In this document: piece by piece, positions 1-8,876 of the stretch
Position numbering within the stretch: position 1 is the first letter of the stretch
Layout: each line of letters opens with the position of its first letter
Origin: Candidatus Eiseniibacteriota bacterium
GTDB lineage: Bacteria; Eisenbacteria; RBG-16-71-46
Reading direction: 5' to 3'
DNA: 64,000 nt
NCBI GenBank assembly: GCA_963717935.1
Contig: CAVQXP010000004.1
Location: forward strand, 928,001 to 992,000
Program-made: the position numbers and the translations under genes
Notes under the pieces: generated by a model
Seen by the model: the letters and a program-made list of their open reading frames with translations, nothing else
The model's database searches: none
What the model was told of the DNA's origin: nothing

Positions 1-2
1 AC

Positions 3-287
3 CGCGTGACGAGCGGCGAGGTGGTGGACTTCATCGAGGTGGGGATCCCGCAGTGGCACTGGCCGGTCTTCAACGTGGCGGACTCCGCGGTGACGGTGGG
101 CGTGCTGCTCTTCGCGCTCGCCTGGACGCGGGGGCGCGAGCTGGCGGCTGCGCCGGACGCGGAGGGTGCGGGGGCCTCGGGTGCGGTGGGCGGCGATGAG
201 CCGGCTCGACCTGAAGGTCCCGGGTTCGTGCGCCGGGGAGCGCCTGGATCGCTTCCTGGCGGCGGCGCAGAAGGACCTCTCCCGTAG
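3..287 (+). CDS. lspA: Lipoprotein signal peptidase II, 3' part (5' truncated by window edge)
   Basis: R..GEVVDFI...WPVFNVADSAVTVG is the LspA C-terminal signature; directly upstream of rluD as is common. Confidence 0.9.
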   Translation, partial: RVTSGEVVDFIEVGIPQWHWPVFNVADSAVTVGVLLFALAWTRGRELAAAPDAEGAGASGAVGGDEPARPEGPGFVRRGAPGSLPGGGAEGPLP

Positions 288-1177
288 CCGCCTGCAGGCG
301 CTGATCCGCGCGAGTCGCGTGATGGTCGAGGGCCGCGCGGCGCGCGCCTCGCAGCGTCTGCGCGCGGGCGAGCGCGTGCTCGTCGAGTTGCCGGAGCCGC
401 GCCGGGTCGCGCTCCTGCCCGAGGCGATCTCGCTCGCCATCGTGCACGAGGACGAGCATCTGCTGGTCGTGGACAAGCCGGCGGGACTCGTCGTCCACCC
501 CGGCGCCGGGGTGGCGAGCGGCACGCTGGTCCACGCCCTGCTCCACCACGCGCCCGCGATCGCCGACGTGGGCGGCGCGGGCCGTCCGGGCATCGTCCAC
601 CGGCTCGACAAGCAGACCTCGGGACTGATGGTGGTGGCGAAGAGCGCCGCGGCCTACCGGGCCCTGGTCGAGATGCTGCGCGCGCACACCGTGCGGCGGC
701 GCTACCTGGCGATCGTCTGGGGCGTGCCGCGCACGGCGACCGGCACGATCGAGGGCGCGATCGGCCGCGACCCGCGGCAGCGCAAGCGCATGGCCGTGGT
801 CGCGCGCGGGGGCAAGCCGGCGCGCACGCGCTGGCGCGTGCGCGAGCGGCTGGCCGGGGCCGCGCTGCTCGAGGTCGCGCTCGACACCGGGCGCACCCAC
901 CAGATCCGCGTGCATCTCGCGCACCGCGGCCACCCGGTGGCGGGCGACCCGCTCTACGGCGGTCGCGGGAAGGTCCAGTTGAGCGGAACCGCGGGGGAGC
1001 GTAGTCTCCGTTCCGCCGTGCTCGAAGCACTGCCGCGCCAGGCCCTCCACGCGACGGAACTCGAGTTCGCGCACCCCGTCACGGGAGAGCTCATGCGCTT
1101 CACATCGTCCCCGCCGGAAGACTTCGAACGCGCGTTGGAGACGCCTGCGCCCGTCCGCCGCGGCCCGGACGCACTGA
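196..1177 (+). CDS. rluD: RluA/RluD-family 23S rRNA pseudouridine synthase (true stop probably TGA 1175-1177 after a 1-nt indel near 1144)
   Basis: S4-like N-terminus, VDKPAGLVVHP, GIVHRLDKQTSG, TGRTHQIRVH, RQALHA; removing one C near 1144 gives DFERALETLRPSAAARTH*. Confidence 0.9.
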
Positions 1178-1185
1178 GTCCCGAC

Positions 1186-1626
1186 ATGTCCGACGACACC
1201 CCCATCCCCGAAGTCGTCAGCCTGCGCATCCCGAGCCGGCTCGAACTGCTGAGTCTGCTCGATCGCGTGAGCACGCTGCTCTGCGAGCGCGCGGGTTTCG
1301 GCGAGGATGCCTGCACGCAGGTCACGCTGTCGGTGATCGAGGCGGGCACCAACGCCATCCAGCACGGCTCCGGGCGCGACCCCGCCAAGCCCGTGGACGT
1401 GGTCTTCTCCGTCCACCCCGACCGCATCGAGGTGAGCGTGCGCGACCAGGGCCCCGGCTTCGACCTCGACGAGGTGAGCGGCGACATCACCCAGCCGGAA
1501 CGCCTGCTCGACGCGCGCGGGCGGGGCATCTTCATCATGCGCGCCTGCATGGACTCGGTGGATTTCGCGTTCGACGGGTCCGGCACCACCTGCCGCCTCG
1601 TGAAGCGCCACCCCTCCGGGGGTTGA
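1186..1626 (+). CDS. Anti-sigma factor / RsbW-like HATPase_c ATP-binding protein
   Basis: EAGTNAIQHG (N box), VRDQGPGFD (G1), GRGIFIM (G2); own ATG at 1186. Confidence 0.85.
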   Translation: MSDDTPIPEVVSLRIPSRLELLSLLDRVSTLLCERAGFGEDACTQVTLSVIEAGTNAIQHGSGRDPAKPVDVVFSVHPDRIEVSVRDQGPGFDLDEVSGDITQPERLLDARGRGIFIMRACMDSVDFAFDGSGTTCRLVKRHPSGG

Positions 1627-1635
1627 CGCCGCACC

Positions 1636-2073
1636 ATGCGCGTGCTGGCGGTGGACTGGGGTGAGCGCCGGATCGGCCTCGCCGTGAGCGACCCGCAGGA
1701 GGTGATCGCCAGCGGACTGAAGACCCTGGTCGTGCGGAGCGCGGCCCACGGGGTGGAGGATGTGATCCGGGTCGCGCGCGAGGTCGAGGCCGAGCGCGTG
1801 GTGGTGGGGCTGCCGCTGCTCATGGACGGCAGGCGCGGGACGGCCGCCGAGGCGGCTCAGCGGTTCGCCGACCTGGTGCGCGAGCAGGGCGGGCTGCCGG
1901 TCGAGACCTACGACGAGCGCCTCACCTCGGCCCTCAGCGAGCGCCGGCTGCACGAGGCCGGCGTGCGCACCGGCCACGCCAAGGAGCGCGTGGACCAGGG
2001 CGCGGCGGTGGCGTTGCTGGAGTCGTACCTGATGCACCTGGGCGCACGGCGCGCGCGGGGGGAGGAGCCGTGA
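1636..2073 (+). CDS. ruvX: Holliday junction resolvase-like RuvX/YqgF
   Basis: LAVDWGERRIGLAVSD, VVGLP, DERLTS, VDQGAAVALLESYL. Confidence 0.95.
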   Translation: MRVLAVDWGERRIGLAVSDPQEVIASGLKTLVVRSAAHGVEDVIRVAREVEAERVVVGLPLLMDGRRGTAAEAAQRFADLVREQGGLPVETYDERLTSALSERRLHEAGVRTGHAKERVDQGAAVALLESYLMHLGARRARGEEP

Positions 2074-3225
2074 ACGGCCGGGGGCGGTCCCGCCTGCCGC
2101 GCCCGCGGCCGCGGATCTTCCGGCCGCGGCGCTGGGCCCTGCTGCTGGTGCTGGCCGGAGCGCTGGCGGTGGCCGCCGACCTGTTCTTCCCGGCGGGCCT
2201 GTTCCCGCCGCCCGGACGCCGCGCCATCCTGGTCGAGCGCGGCCAGACGCTGGGCCAGGTCGCCGGGGAGCTCAAGCGCGTGGGGCTGCTGCGCGGCACG
2301 GCTCGGCTTCCAGGTGCTGGCGCGGTTCATGCGGCTCGATCGCCACATCCGGGCCGGGCAGTACGAGTTCGCGCTTGGCACATCGGTGCCCGGGCTGCTG
2401 CGCGCGCTGGCGTCGGGCATGAGCGCGCTGAACCTCCTGACCGTCCCCGAGGGCCTCACGCTGCTCGAGACCGGCGTGCTGCTCTCGCATCATCTGGGCG
2501 TGCCCATCGCGGTGTTCGATTCGCTGGGGCACGACCGCGCGTTCTGCGATTCGGCGGGGGTGAAGGCACCCTCGCTCGAAGGCTACCTGGGGCCCGACAC
2601 CTACTCGTTCCTGCCGGGCACGCCGCCCGAGGTGGCGCTGCGCGCCATGATCGCGCGGCAGAAGGAGGTGCTGCGCCGTGCCGCGGCCGGGCGCGACTCG
2701 CTGCCGCTCGGTCTGTCGCTCCAGCAACTGCTCATCCTCGCCTCGATCGTCGAATCCGAGGCGCAGCGGCCCGCCGAGCGCGCGCGCATCGCGCGTGTCT
2801 ACCTCAACCGGCTGGCCTGCGGCATGAGGCTGCAGGCCGACCCGACCGTGGCCTACGGCCTGGGCATGGGCCCGCGCTCGCGGCTGTTCCTCAAGTACCT
2901 GCGCAGCAACTCGCCCTACAACACTTACCTTTACGCGGGGCTGCCTCCCGGGCCCATCTGCAGTCCGGGCGCGGCGTCCATCGAGGCGGCGCTGAACCCC
3001 GTGCCGCCCGAGCCCTCGCTCTACTTCGTGGCGCGCGGGGACGGCAGCCACCTGTTCGCGCGCAGCTACGAGGAGCACCTCGGGAACATCCGCCGCGCCC
3101 GCTTCCTGCAGGCGAGCGCGGCCGCGACCGCCGAGTCGCTGCGCGCGCTGGACTCGCTGGAGGCGCAGCCGGCGGCGCCCGGCGGGAGCCCGGCCCGGCG
3201 CGAGCAGGGGGCCCGGCGCGAGTAA
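2070..3225 (+). CDS. mltG: Endolytic transglycosylase MltG (YceG); frameshift near 2300-2313
   Basis: N-terminal TM in ORF 2070; LEGYLGPDTY, LASIVESE, LQADPTV, SPYNTY..GLPPGPI in ORF 2314..3225; follows ruvX. Confidence 0.9.
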
Positions 3226-3400
3226 GGGGCCCGGCGTGGTCCCGCCCGGGCTGCATTTTGCACGGTGCGCCGTGGGAAACCGAGCCGTCCGCCCGCCCGA
3301 TGGGCGCCTGCCTGCCGGTCCCCGGGCGGTCCCCGGCCCCCCGGCCCGTTCAGACGGAGCCGGGGTCCGGGCTCCTCTCCTTAGCCGCCACGGGGACGTG

Positions 3401-3409
3401 TGCTAACGT
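3401..3409 (+). promoter_or_regulatory. Extended -10 box (TGcTAACGT) 8 nt before larE ATG
   Basis: TGn-TANNNT match; no SD before the ATG. Confidence 0.5.
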
Positions 3410-3417
3410 CCCATCCC

Positions 3418-4305
3418 ATGGCGACTTCCCCTGTGATCCCGCCCGCCGGTCCCGCGCCGGTCCCGCCCGCCCGCCCGCTCGACGGTCTCTCCTGGTCCGA
3501 GCGGCTCGAGCGCCTGCGTGATCTGCTGCGCGGCCTCGGCAGCGTGGTCGTGGCCTATTCGGGCGGCGTGGACTCGAGCCTGCTGCTGCGCGTGGCGCAC
3601 GAGGCGCTCCCGGGGCGCGCGCTGGGCGTGATCGGGCGCTCCGACTCCTACGCGGCCCGCGAGCTGGAGCTGGCCCGCGCCCAGGCGGCCTCCTTCGGGG
3701 CGCGGCTCGAGGTGGTGACGACCGGCGAGCTGGCCGACCCGGTCTTCCGCTCGAATCCGGCCGAGCGCTGTTATCACTGCAAGAGCGAGCTTTATCGGCA
3801 ACTGGACGGGGTGGCGCGCCGAATGGGCGCGGTGGTCGTGGACGGCACCATCGCGGACGACCTGGCGGACTGGCGGCCGGGCCGGCGCGCGGCGCAGGAG
3901 CGCGGCGTGCGCTCGCCGCTCGCCGAGCTGGGCTTCGGCAAGGCCGACGTGCGCGCGGCGGCGGCCCACTACGGCCTGGCGAGCGCGGGCAAGCCGGCCT
4001 CGCCCTGCCTGGCTTCGCGGATCCCGTACGGGACCGAGATCACCCGGGAGAGCCTGGCCATGGTCGAGCAGGCGGAGGCGCTGCTGCGCTCGCTGGGCTT
4101 CGGCGAGCTGCGCGTGAGGCACCACGGCGACACGGCCCGCATCGAGGTGCCACTCACCGACCTGGCGCGTTTCGGCGAGCCGGGCGTGCGCGAGCGGGTG
4201 GTCGAGGGGCTCAAGGCGTTGGGGTATCGCTACATCGCGCTGGACCTCGAGGGCTTCCGCTCGGGCAGCCTGAACCAGGTCCTGGGGTCGGACGTCCCCG
4301 GCTGA
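3418..4305 (+). CDS. larE: ATP-dependent sulfur transferase LarE (PP-loop)
   Basis: AYSGGVDS PP-loop, RCYHCK, RPGRRA, PCLASRIPYG, LRVRHHG, GFRSGSLN. Confidence 0.9.
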   Translation: MATSPVIPPAGPAPVPPARPLDGLSWSERLERLRDLLRGLGSVVVAYSGGVDSSLLLRVAHEALPGRALGVIGRSDSYAARELELARAQAASFGARLEVVTTGELADPVFRSNPAERCYHCKSELYRQLDGVARRMGAVVVDGTIADDLADWRPGRRAAQERGVRSPLAELGFGKADVRAAAAHYGLASAGKPASPCLASRIPYGTEITRESLAMVEQAEALLRSLGFGELRVRHHGDTARIEVPLTDLARFGEPGVRERVVEGLKALGYRYIALDLEGFRSGSLNQVLGSDVPG

Positions 4306-4572
4306 GGGCTCCCGGAGCGTGCCCCGGGAGCAGGGGCTCCCGGACCGTTTGCGTCCCCCGTCAAAAGGTTGAGAATATCCGGAACCGTCGCCCCCTGTGG
4401 CTGGGTACTACCCGATGCGCCCCACAGAGGCGGCGGCACGAAAATGCGGTCTTCGCTGGGACCGTCGGTGCCCTGGGCCTCCCTCTGGCCTTCAAACGCC
4501 GATGATCTCGGTCCGGCCGCCCGGTCCGAAGCGTCGGCATTCGTGTTTTCCGCCCGCAGGAGGAGGTAGGGG

Positions 4573-4818
4573 ATGAGCGCAGTGAAGCCAGGCCGCCAGA
4601 GAGCACAACGGCGGGCCCTGGAAGCCGATCTGGGGTTCAGCTGGGGGCTGGCGAACAGCGTCCTGCTGGCTCTGGGGGTGGGGGTTCTGGCCGTGGGTTA
4701 TGTGACCCTTTCACGGGGTTCCATCACCCTGGCCCCGGTCCTGCTGGTGCTGGGCTACTGCGTCCTCATCCCCGTATCCCTCCTGTTTCGTGGGCGAAAG
4801 GCAGGTTCGGGCGAATAG
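4573..4818 (+). CDS. Small two-TM membrane protein (DUF3098-like); stop codon lies inside the tRNA
   Basis: SD-like AGGAGG upstream; N..LLALG..VLAVGY...SITLAPVLLVLGYCVLIP. Confidence 0.6.
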   Translation: MSAVKPGRQRAQRRALEADLGFSWGLANSVLLALGVGVLAVGYVTLSRGSITLAPVLLVLGYCVLIPVSLLFRGRKAGSGE

Positions 4819-4884
4819 CTCAGTTGGCAGAGCACTTGCCTTACAAGCAAGAGGTCACAGGTTCGAGCCCTGTTTCGCCCACCA
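4809..4884 (+). tRNA. tRNA-Val (TAC)
   Basis: Acceptor stem GGGCGAA/TTCGCCC, D arm TAGCTCAGTTGG, anticodon arm CTTGC-CTTACAA-GCAAG, T loop GGTTCGAGCCC, encoded CCA. Confidence 0.97.
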
Positions 4885-4995
4885 GTGGGGTGCTGAGGTC
4901 ACGGGAAGCACCGGCCGGGCTGGCCCCGAGGGGCCAGAAACCCCGGAGACGGCAGGAAAACCGCAGAGACCGGCAGTTCGAGGGCCAAAAGAGTC

Positions 4996-5025
4996 TTGAC
5001 AGTGCGATGGCAAGGCCGATAAACT
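4996..5025 (+). promoter_or_regulatory. Near-consensus sigma70 promoter for the secreted-protein cluster
   Basis: TTGACA (4996-5001), 18 nt, TAAACT (5020-5025). Confidence 0.65.
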
Positions 5026-5103
5026 TACCAGCGGCATCAAACGCCTTGCTAACGCGGCAGATAACATCGCCTGGAGACTCGAACTCGCACTCTCGATGAG
5101 TTC

Positions 5104-5115
5104 GAAAGGAGGTGG
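5104..5115 (+). promoter_or_regulatory. SD-like leader box GAAAGGAGGTGG, 93 nt upstream of ATG 5197
   Basis: Equivalent boxes at 5890 and 7173; preceded by hairpin TCGAACTC/GAGTTCGA. Confidence 0.55.
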
Positions 5116-5196
5116 CATCAAGGTAGACCTGCTTGCTCGCAACTGAGCCTTGCTCGATCTCAGCAACAGGGTGACCCATCTACTGGAGGTGCAACA

Positions 5197-5859
5197 ATGA
5201 CTGGTGTTGTTCGCAAGGCCACCTTCCTTGCAGTACTTGGTCTCGCAGCGACGATGTCCGTCGCCATGGCCGGTGTCCCCTCTCCGGCCAACTGTACGCT
5301 TCCCACGTCCATCCAGATCGGCGGCTGCGACGCCCTCGACACGATCGATCCGACCATCTCCTTCAGCGTGACGATCCGCGACATCAGCAACTACCCCGTC
5401 GTCAATCAGCCGGTCGCGTGCCAGTTCAACAGCGACGTCAGGATCTACGACGGCGAGTTCGCCGGGTTCGTCTCCTGCCAGTGCGTCGAGGCCATCACGG
5501 ACATCAACGGCGTGGCGGTCTTCCACGTCGCGGGCGGCGGCAAGAACACGATCGGCGGGGCGGCCTACACGGGCGGCCTGGCGGCGACGTTCTATGGCTG
5601 GAACTGCGGCAACACGCTCGTCCTCGGCCAGGCCAACGTGAACGTGTACGACGAGAACGGTGGAGTCACCACCAAGGGCGTCGACATCACGGACCTGAGC
5701 GCCTGGAGCTCGGATTACAAGCTGCGCGCCACCCCGCCGGTCAAGTATCGCTCCGATTTCAACATGAGCGGTCTCGTGGACATCGTGGACCTGTCCTTCT
5801 GGGCCACGGTCTACAAGACTCAGTTGTCGAGGTACACCTGCGGCTCGCTCTGCCCGTAG
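5197..5859 (+). CDS. Secreted Cys-rich protein with C-terminal dockerin-like duplicated Ca-binding motifs
   Basis: Signal peptide (..SVAMA|GVP); DENGG..GVDITDL and DFNMSGLVDIVDL; SD GGAGG. Confidence 0.75.
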   Translation: MTGVVRKATFLAVLGLAATMSVAMAGVPSPANCTLPTSIQIGGCDALDTIDPTISFSVTIRDISNYPVVNQPVACQFNSDVRIYDGEFAGFVSCQCVEAITDINGVAVFHVAGGGKNTIGGAAYTGGLAATFYGWNCGNTLVLGQANVNVYDENGGVTTKGVDITDLSAWSSDYKLRATPPVKYRSDFNMSGLVDIVDLSFWATVYKTQLSRYTCGSLCP

Positions 5860-5887
5860 TCGTACACAGGCAGTACGTGCTCGCGGA

Positions 5888-5904
5888 AAGAAAGGCGGTG
5901 ATGC
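5888..5904 (+). promoter_or_regulatory. Leader box AAGAAAGGCGGTGATGC, ~95 nt upstream of ATG 5985
   Basis: 17 nt identical to 7171-7187. Confidence 0.6.
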
Positions 5905-5984
5905 GCGAGAAGAGAGGTTCGGGTGCCTGACATCTCCAGCAAGTAGTTCGCCTGACCCCCCTACAGCGGTTTCGGAGGCTGCAA

Positions 5985-6713
5985 ATGAAGAAGACGCTTC
6001 TCTTTACGGGTCTGTTGCTGGCGCTGACGGTTTCGGTTGCGCTGGCCGGTGGCGTGAACCTCAACTGGGGCAATTACTGCTACACCGACATGCCCACGCC
6101 CACCACGTACTTCGCCTGCACCGTGAACACTTCCGTCGGCAATCGCGTCATGACCGTCTCCTGGATGCTCGACGAGCCGATGGCGGATCTGGTCGCGATG
6201 GAGTGGCTGATCGAGGGTCAGTCCGACGCTGACGTCCTCCCGGAATGGTGGCAGCTCGGTTCCGCCCTGACGGACTGCCGTTCGGGCAAGGCCACGTTCT
6301 TCTCGGACCGCACCCTGTGGGAAGGGTCCTGCCTGGATTGGTCCATGGGCGCGGCCTACAACGTGGGCGACTACACCTGGGACACGAACCGTGCCCACAT
6401 CGCCCTGGGTTACGCAGTCGCTGCTGATGGCCAGTACCTCGCGGTGCCGGGCCAGGAGTACTACGGCGGTGGCGTGAACATCCTCAACAGCAAGACGGTC
6501 GGTACGCCCAGCTGCGCGGGCTGCTCGATCGGCATGATCTTCGGGCTGCACACCCTCACGGCTGCCGGCCTTGACGGTCGCCGGGACGATTTCTTCGAGG
6601 CGCTTCCCGGTGGCAACCAGTGCCTGATCTGGAACAGCTCGGTTCAGGAGTGTCTGGAGCCGGTGCCCGCGCGCAACACGACGTGGGGCCAGGTCAAGAG
6701 CCTGTACCGGTAG
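5985..6713 (+). CDS. Secreted Cys-rich protein with C-terminal VPARNTTWGQVKSLYR motif (paralog A)
   Basis: Signal peptide MKKTLL..VALA; SD GGAGG; near-identical to 7264-7989. Confidence 0.9.
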   Translation: MKKTLLFTGLLLALTVSVALAGGVNLNWGNYCYTDMPTPTTYFACTVNTSVGNRVMTVSWMLDEPMADLVAMEWLIEGQSDADVLPEWWQLGSALTDCRSGKATFFSDRTLWEGSCLDWSMGAAYNVGDYTWDTNRAHIALGYAVAADGQYLAVPGQEYYGGGVNILNSKTVGTPSCAGCSIGMIFGLHTLTAAGLDGRRDDFFEALPGGNQCLIWNSSVQECLEPVPARNTTWGQVKSLYR

Positions 6714-6734
6714 TTTCTGGAAGTCGTTGCCTCC

Positions 6735-6764
6735 ACGGGCGGTCGTCGCAAGACGACCGCCCGT
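6735..6764 (+). terminator. GC hairpin after paralog A
   Basis: ACGGGCGGTCGTC-GCAA-GACGACCGCCCGT, perfect 13-bp stem. Confidence 0.7.
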
Positions 6765-7170
6765 CGGCTTGGGCGGGCAACGGCTGTCCCCGGGGACGCG
6801 CCGGGCTGGCCGCCCCCGCGGTGCCCGCCGCACGGCGGCTGCCCGTCCTGCCGGGCGCCCCTCCCCGGTGCTCCGGTCCCGGGCGCATCCCCCGTCGCAC
6901 CCTCCGGCCTCGCGAGGCACCCGCCTGCGGACGCTGAATTCCTGCTGGACGGGGGGGGCGGCTGCCGCTAACCTGCCGGCGTGCAGGTCTCGGGCCCGGG
7001 CTTGGTCACCCGGCCGCGACGCGACGCCTGGATGCGTCTGCCGCGATGCTTCGTGCGGAGGCGTCCCGCCGGATCGCGCCTGCGTGAGGGTCCGAGGCGA
7101 GGACGATGACGTCGCCACCGGGAGCGGGGCGTCTCGGCCCGGTTCGCAAGAGCCCTCGAGGAAGCAAGGG

Positions 7171-7187
7171 AAGAAAGGCGGTGATGC
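7171..7187 (+). promoter_or_regulatory. Leader box AAGAAAGGCGGTGATGC, ~91 nt upstream of ATG 7264
   Basis: Identical to 5888-5904 although the flanking DNA is otherwise mostly unrelated. Confidence 0.6.
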
Positions 7188-7263
7188 AAGGGTCCAGAAG
7201 GAGCTGGTCGCTCACCATCGGTGGCGCGTAGTTTTCCGTCCACCCCCGACACGGAGGTTGTTG

Positions 7264-7989
7264 ATGAAGAAGATGATTCTCCTTACGAGCATGCTGCTGG
7301 CGCTGACGGTCTCGGCCGCGCTGGCGGGTGGCGTGAACCTCAACTGGGGCAATTACTGCTACACGGACGATCCCGTGGCCGCGACGGTCTTCGCCTGCGA
7401 CGTGAACACTTCCATCGGCAATCGCGTCATGACCGTCTCCTGGATGCTCGACGCTTCGATGGCGGACCTGGTCGCGATCGAGTGGCTGATCGAGGGCCAG
7501 TCCGACGCTGACGTCCTCCCGGAATGGTGGCAGCTCGGTGACGCCGTCACGGACTGCCGTTCGGGCAAGGCCACGTTCTTCTCGGACCGCACCCTGTACG
7601 AGGGGGCTTGCCTGGATTGGTCCATGGGCGCGGCCTACAACGTGGGCGACTACACCTGGGACACGAACAAGACCCACCTCGCCCTGGGTTACGCGGTCGC
7701 CGCCGATGGCCAGTACCTCGCGGTGCCGGGCCAGGAGTACTTCGGCGGTGGCGTGAACATCCTCAACAGCAAGACGGTCGGCACACCCAGCTGCGCGGGC
7801 TGCTCGATCGGCATGATCTTCGGGCTGCACACCCTCACGGTCGCCGCCCTTGACGGTCGCCGGGACGATTTCTTCGAGGCGCTTCCCGGTGGCAACCAGT
7901 GCCTGAGCTGGAACAATACGACCACGGATTGTTCCACTGTCCCGGTGCGCGGCACGACCTGGGGGCAGATCAAGAGCCTCTACCGGTAG
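7264..7989 (+). CDS. Secreted Cys-rich protein with C-terminal VPVRGTTWGQIKSLYR motif (paralog B)
   Basis: SD GGAGG, MKKMILL..AALA signal peptide; tandem duplicate of 5985-6713. Confidence 0.9.
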   Translation: MKKMILLTSMLLALTVSAALAGGVNLNWGNYCYTDDPVAATVFACDVNTSIGNRVMTVSWMLDASMADLVAIEWLIEGQSDADVLPEWWQLGDAVTDCRSGKATFFSDRTLYEGACLDWSMGAAYNVGDYTWDTNKTHLALGYAVAADGQYLAVPGQEYFGGGVNILNSKTVGTPSCAGCSIGMIFGLHTLTVAALDGRRDDFFEALPGGNQCLSWNNTTTDCSTVPVRGTTWGQIKSLYR

Positions 7990-8012
7990 TCCCGGCAGAC
8001 GGTCTGCAGATT

Positions 8013-8048
8013 CCCGCGGGCGGTCGTCCCAGGACGGCCGCCCGCGGG
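8013..8048 (+). terminator. GC hairpin after paralog B, related to the 6735 hairpin
   Basis: CCCGCGGGCGGTCGTC-CCAG-GACGGCCGCCCGCGGG. Confidence 0.65.
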
Positions 8049-8117
8049 CTTGGCGCCGCCGCGCTTCCGGGCCGCCGCCCTTCGCCACCGCGGTCTTCCC
8101 TGTGATAGCCTTGCATC

Positions 8118-8876
8118 ATGTCCGCACGCAGGCGGGTCTTCCTCATCGTGCTGGTCGTCTGTGGCTGCTCGTCCGCGGTTCCGGCGCGGGCGACGGAGGG
8201 CCTCTTCCTGACCTGGGTCGACTGCGCGCTGGCTCCCGGCTCGCCCCACGACCTCTCCTCGTCGTGCCTGAGCAACCTGGGTTCGCAGGATCTCTTCTGT
8301 GCCTTCCGGATGCCGTTTCCCACCGACAGCGTGCTCGGCGTAGAGATCGTGGTGGACGTGCAGCATGCGAACGCGACCCTGCCGGACTGGTGGAGGTTCG
8401 ACAACGTCGGGTGCCGCGCGGGGGAGCTGCGAGCGGGGACCGACTTTCCGGCGGCCTCGCCGTGCGTGGACTTCTTCCAGGACGAGGCGTTCAGCGACCT
8501 GCAGGGCTACTACCTCACCGAGCCGAACGGCGAATCCAACCAGGCCAGCATCCGCGTGGCCGCCTCGCTGCTGCCGAGCGCGGGCTACGTGCAACTCGAC
8601 TCGAGCAGCATGTACCTGGGGGTTCGCCTGAACATCTCCAACGCCCTTACCGTCGGCGTGACACCCTGCGGCGGCTGTCTCGACCCCGCCTGCCTCGTGC
8701 TCAACTCGGTCCTCGTGAGGCGGCAACCCGGGGCCGAGGGCGGCGACGTGTTCCTGAGCGTCCCGGGCCCGGATGACGCCAACTGGGCGACCTGGCAGGG
8801 TGGGATGGGCGCCAACTGCGCCGCCGTGCCGGTAAGGCCCGTGACCTGGGGCCGGCTGAAGGAGCTCTACCGATGA
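8118..8876 (+). CDS. Secreted Cys-rich protein, divergent member of the same family, ends VPVRPVTWGRLKELYR
   Basis: Signal peptide; shared GLFLTW.DC, LPDWW, CGGC, W...C..VP motifs. Confidence 0.85.
   Translation: MSARRRVFLIVLVVCGCSSAVPARATEGLFLTWVDCALAPGSPHDLSSSCLSNLGSQDLFCAFRMPFPTDSVLGVEIVVDVQHANATLPDWWRFDNVGCRAGELRAGTDFPAASPCVDFFQDEAFSDLQGYYLTEPNGESNQASIRVAASLLPSAGYVQLDSSSMYLGVRLNISNALTVGVTPCGGCLDPACLVLNSVLVRRQPGAEGGDVFLSVPGPDDANWATWQGGMGANCAAVPVRPVTWGRLKELYR

Noticed and set aside
166..1626. Apparent RluD-RsbW fusion protein (486 aa)
   Set aside because: Deleting one base near 1144 restores a typical RluD end (..ALETLR..*) with TGA at 1175-1177, just before a separate ATG at 1186. Given the other indels in the window this is probably an artefact; raw reads would settle it.
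5985..7989. Diversity-generating retroelement (TR/VR pair)
   Set aside because: Both copies are full genes, the differences are not confined to adenines, and no reverse transcriptase is in the window.
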